A stretch of 63,930 bases of DNA, the filler included, from Thermodesulfobacteriota bacterium (lineage in GTDB: Bacteria; DASVDK01): the NCBI GenBank assembly GCA_036381125.1. It is 5 parts of 5 records of this genome, joined end to end, with 100 filler letters (N's around TTAATTAATTAA, not from the genome) between each part and the next. Parts side by side here need not be neighbours in the genome. Positions count along the whole stretch, not along the records: positions 61,870 to 63,930 come from DASVDK010000074.1; 4 more parts are not named here. One strand, given 5' to 3'. Under the pieces are notes generated by a model that worked only from the letters and a program-made list of their open reading frames with translations, was not told the DNA's origin and did no database searches. Below, one piece after another: positions 63,032 through 63,930 of the stretch (its first letter is position 1; the number at the start of each line of letters is the position of its first letter). The position numbers were made by a program, and so were the translations under genes.

Positions 63032-63930
63032 GTGGCCTTCGTCCAGGCGTGGACCGACTCGACCCTCGGCCCGACCGTCAACGTGACGGTCTCGGTCTCG
63101 GCCGGCGACGTGCTGGTCGCGTGGCTCGTCGAGGACACGAACCCCGCGGGTGACAGCGTGAACCCATCGAACTGGCCGACGGGGTTCACCCACGTCCACG
63201 CCATCGACACGTTCGCCGATGGGCAGGTGCTGGCGGTCGGGATCAAGGTCGCGGACGGCTCCGAAGGGCTCCTGACCTTCGGCTTCCCGAGCGGGAACGA
63301 CTGCATCGGCGGCGTGGCCGCGTTCTCGGGCCGCGATACGACGACCCCGCAAGACGTGGCGGCCGTCGAGGCGAGCGTGGACACGGCGCAGAACTCGCCG
63401 TGGACGGTCGACGCGTCGATCACGCCCGTCACCGATGGGTGCGACCTCGTCGCCATCATGGGCTCGGACATCACGTCGTCCCAGGACGTGGTCCACAGCT
63501 TCTCGGGCGGCGGCCTCACGTGGACCGTCGCGGCCGATCAGTGGTCGGGCGATTTCGAAAACGTCGCCGTGGGCTACGCGGTGCAGCCCGCGGCCGGGGC
63601 CATCACGGTCACCGGCACCGGCACGCGCAGCGGCGCGACGGCCGGCCGGGCGATGATCCTCCTCGCGCTCCGGCCGGCCGCGGGCGGCGGCGGGACGCCC
63701 CAGACGTTGGCCGGCACGATCGCGGGTGTCTCCGGCGTCTCCGGTGCCCTTCGGGTCGCCAAGCCCCTGGGGGGCACCGTGGCCGGCGCCTCGACTGTCT
63801 CGGCCGGCCTCCAGGTGGCCAAGCGGCTCGGGGGCGCCGTGGCCGGGGCGTCAAGCCTCGCCGCCGCCCTGCGCGTGGCCAAGCCGCTCGCCGGCACCGT
63901 GGCCGGCGCCTCGGCCCTCACGGCCGCGCT
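63032..63930 (+). CDS. Putative phage tail fibre / virion protein (3' partial; absent from the ORF track)
   Basis: GTG 63032 open to the window end: MAFVQAWTDS...AGDVLVAW beta-rich domain, then 20-aa repeats. Confidence 0.65.
   Translation, partial: MAFVQAWTDSTLGPTVNVTVSVSAGDVLVAWLVEDTNPAGDSVNPSNWPTGFTHVHAIDTFADGQVLAVGIKVADGSEGLLTFGFPSGNDCIGGVAAFSGRDTTTPQDVAAVEASVDTAQNSPWTVDASITPVTDGCDLVAIMGSDITSSQDVVHSFSGGGLTWTVAADQWSGDFENVAVGYAVQPAAGAITVTGTGTRSGATAGRAMILLALRPAAGGGGTPQTLAGTIAGVSGVSGALRVAKPLGGTVAGASTVSAGLQVAKRLGGAVAGASSLAAALRVAKPLAGTVAGASALTAA
63707..63930 (+). repeat. Intragenic 60-bp (20-aa) tandem repeat, at least 3.7 units
   Basis: LAGTIAGVSGVSGALRVAKP / LGGTVAGASTVSAGLQVAKR / LGGAVAGASSLAAALRVAKP / LAGTVAGASALTAA. 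Confidence 0.85.

Overview
This is very GC-rich bacterial DNA, most likely a metagenome-assembled genome. It is five contigs joined by artificial N-TTAATTAATTAA-N linkers (1-24819, 24920-46410, 46511-53006, 53107-61769, 61870-63930), so adjacency across linkers means nothing. Contig 1 is an accessory heme/nitrogen-oxide island: a sensor kinase end, two DUF2231-like membrane paralogs, YceI, a pentaheme cytochrome, DedA, ahbC/ahbD-like radical SAM genes and a Crp/Fnr gene with an internal deletion. It continues with a YbhGFSR-type ABC exporter interleaved with a hemerythrin-like gene, a CDF transporter and a cytochrome c'. It ends with a complete cytoplasm-facing nitrate/nitrite oxidoreductase operon (diheme cytochrome c, narG, hemerythrin-like gene, narH, narJ, narI, narK). 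From recall, its alpha and beta subunits resemble Nitrobacter/Nitrolancea-type NXR more than enteric NarGH; this is the top candidate and needs a phylogeny to confirm. Contigs 2-4 are mostly core genes in a deltaproteobacteria-like order (tilS-ftsH-folP-cdaA-cdaR-glmM-pdxJ-acpS-nnr-tsaE...lysC; coaBC-udg-nfeD-slipin-spoIID-queA; eno...ftsB). Their oddities are folP with an in-frame TGA, a lysine-free GcvH-like protein among cytochrome genes, a three-domain phosphatase fusion, REP-like repeats and probable leaderless genes. Contig 5 looks like phage structural genes. All family calls come from motif recognition and recall, not from database searches.
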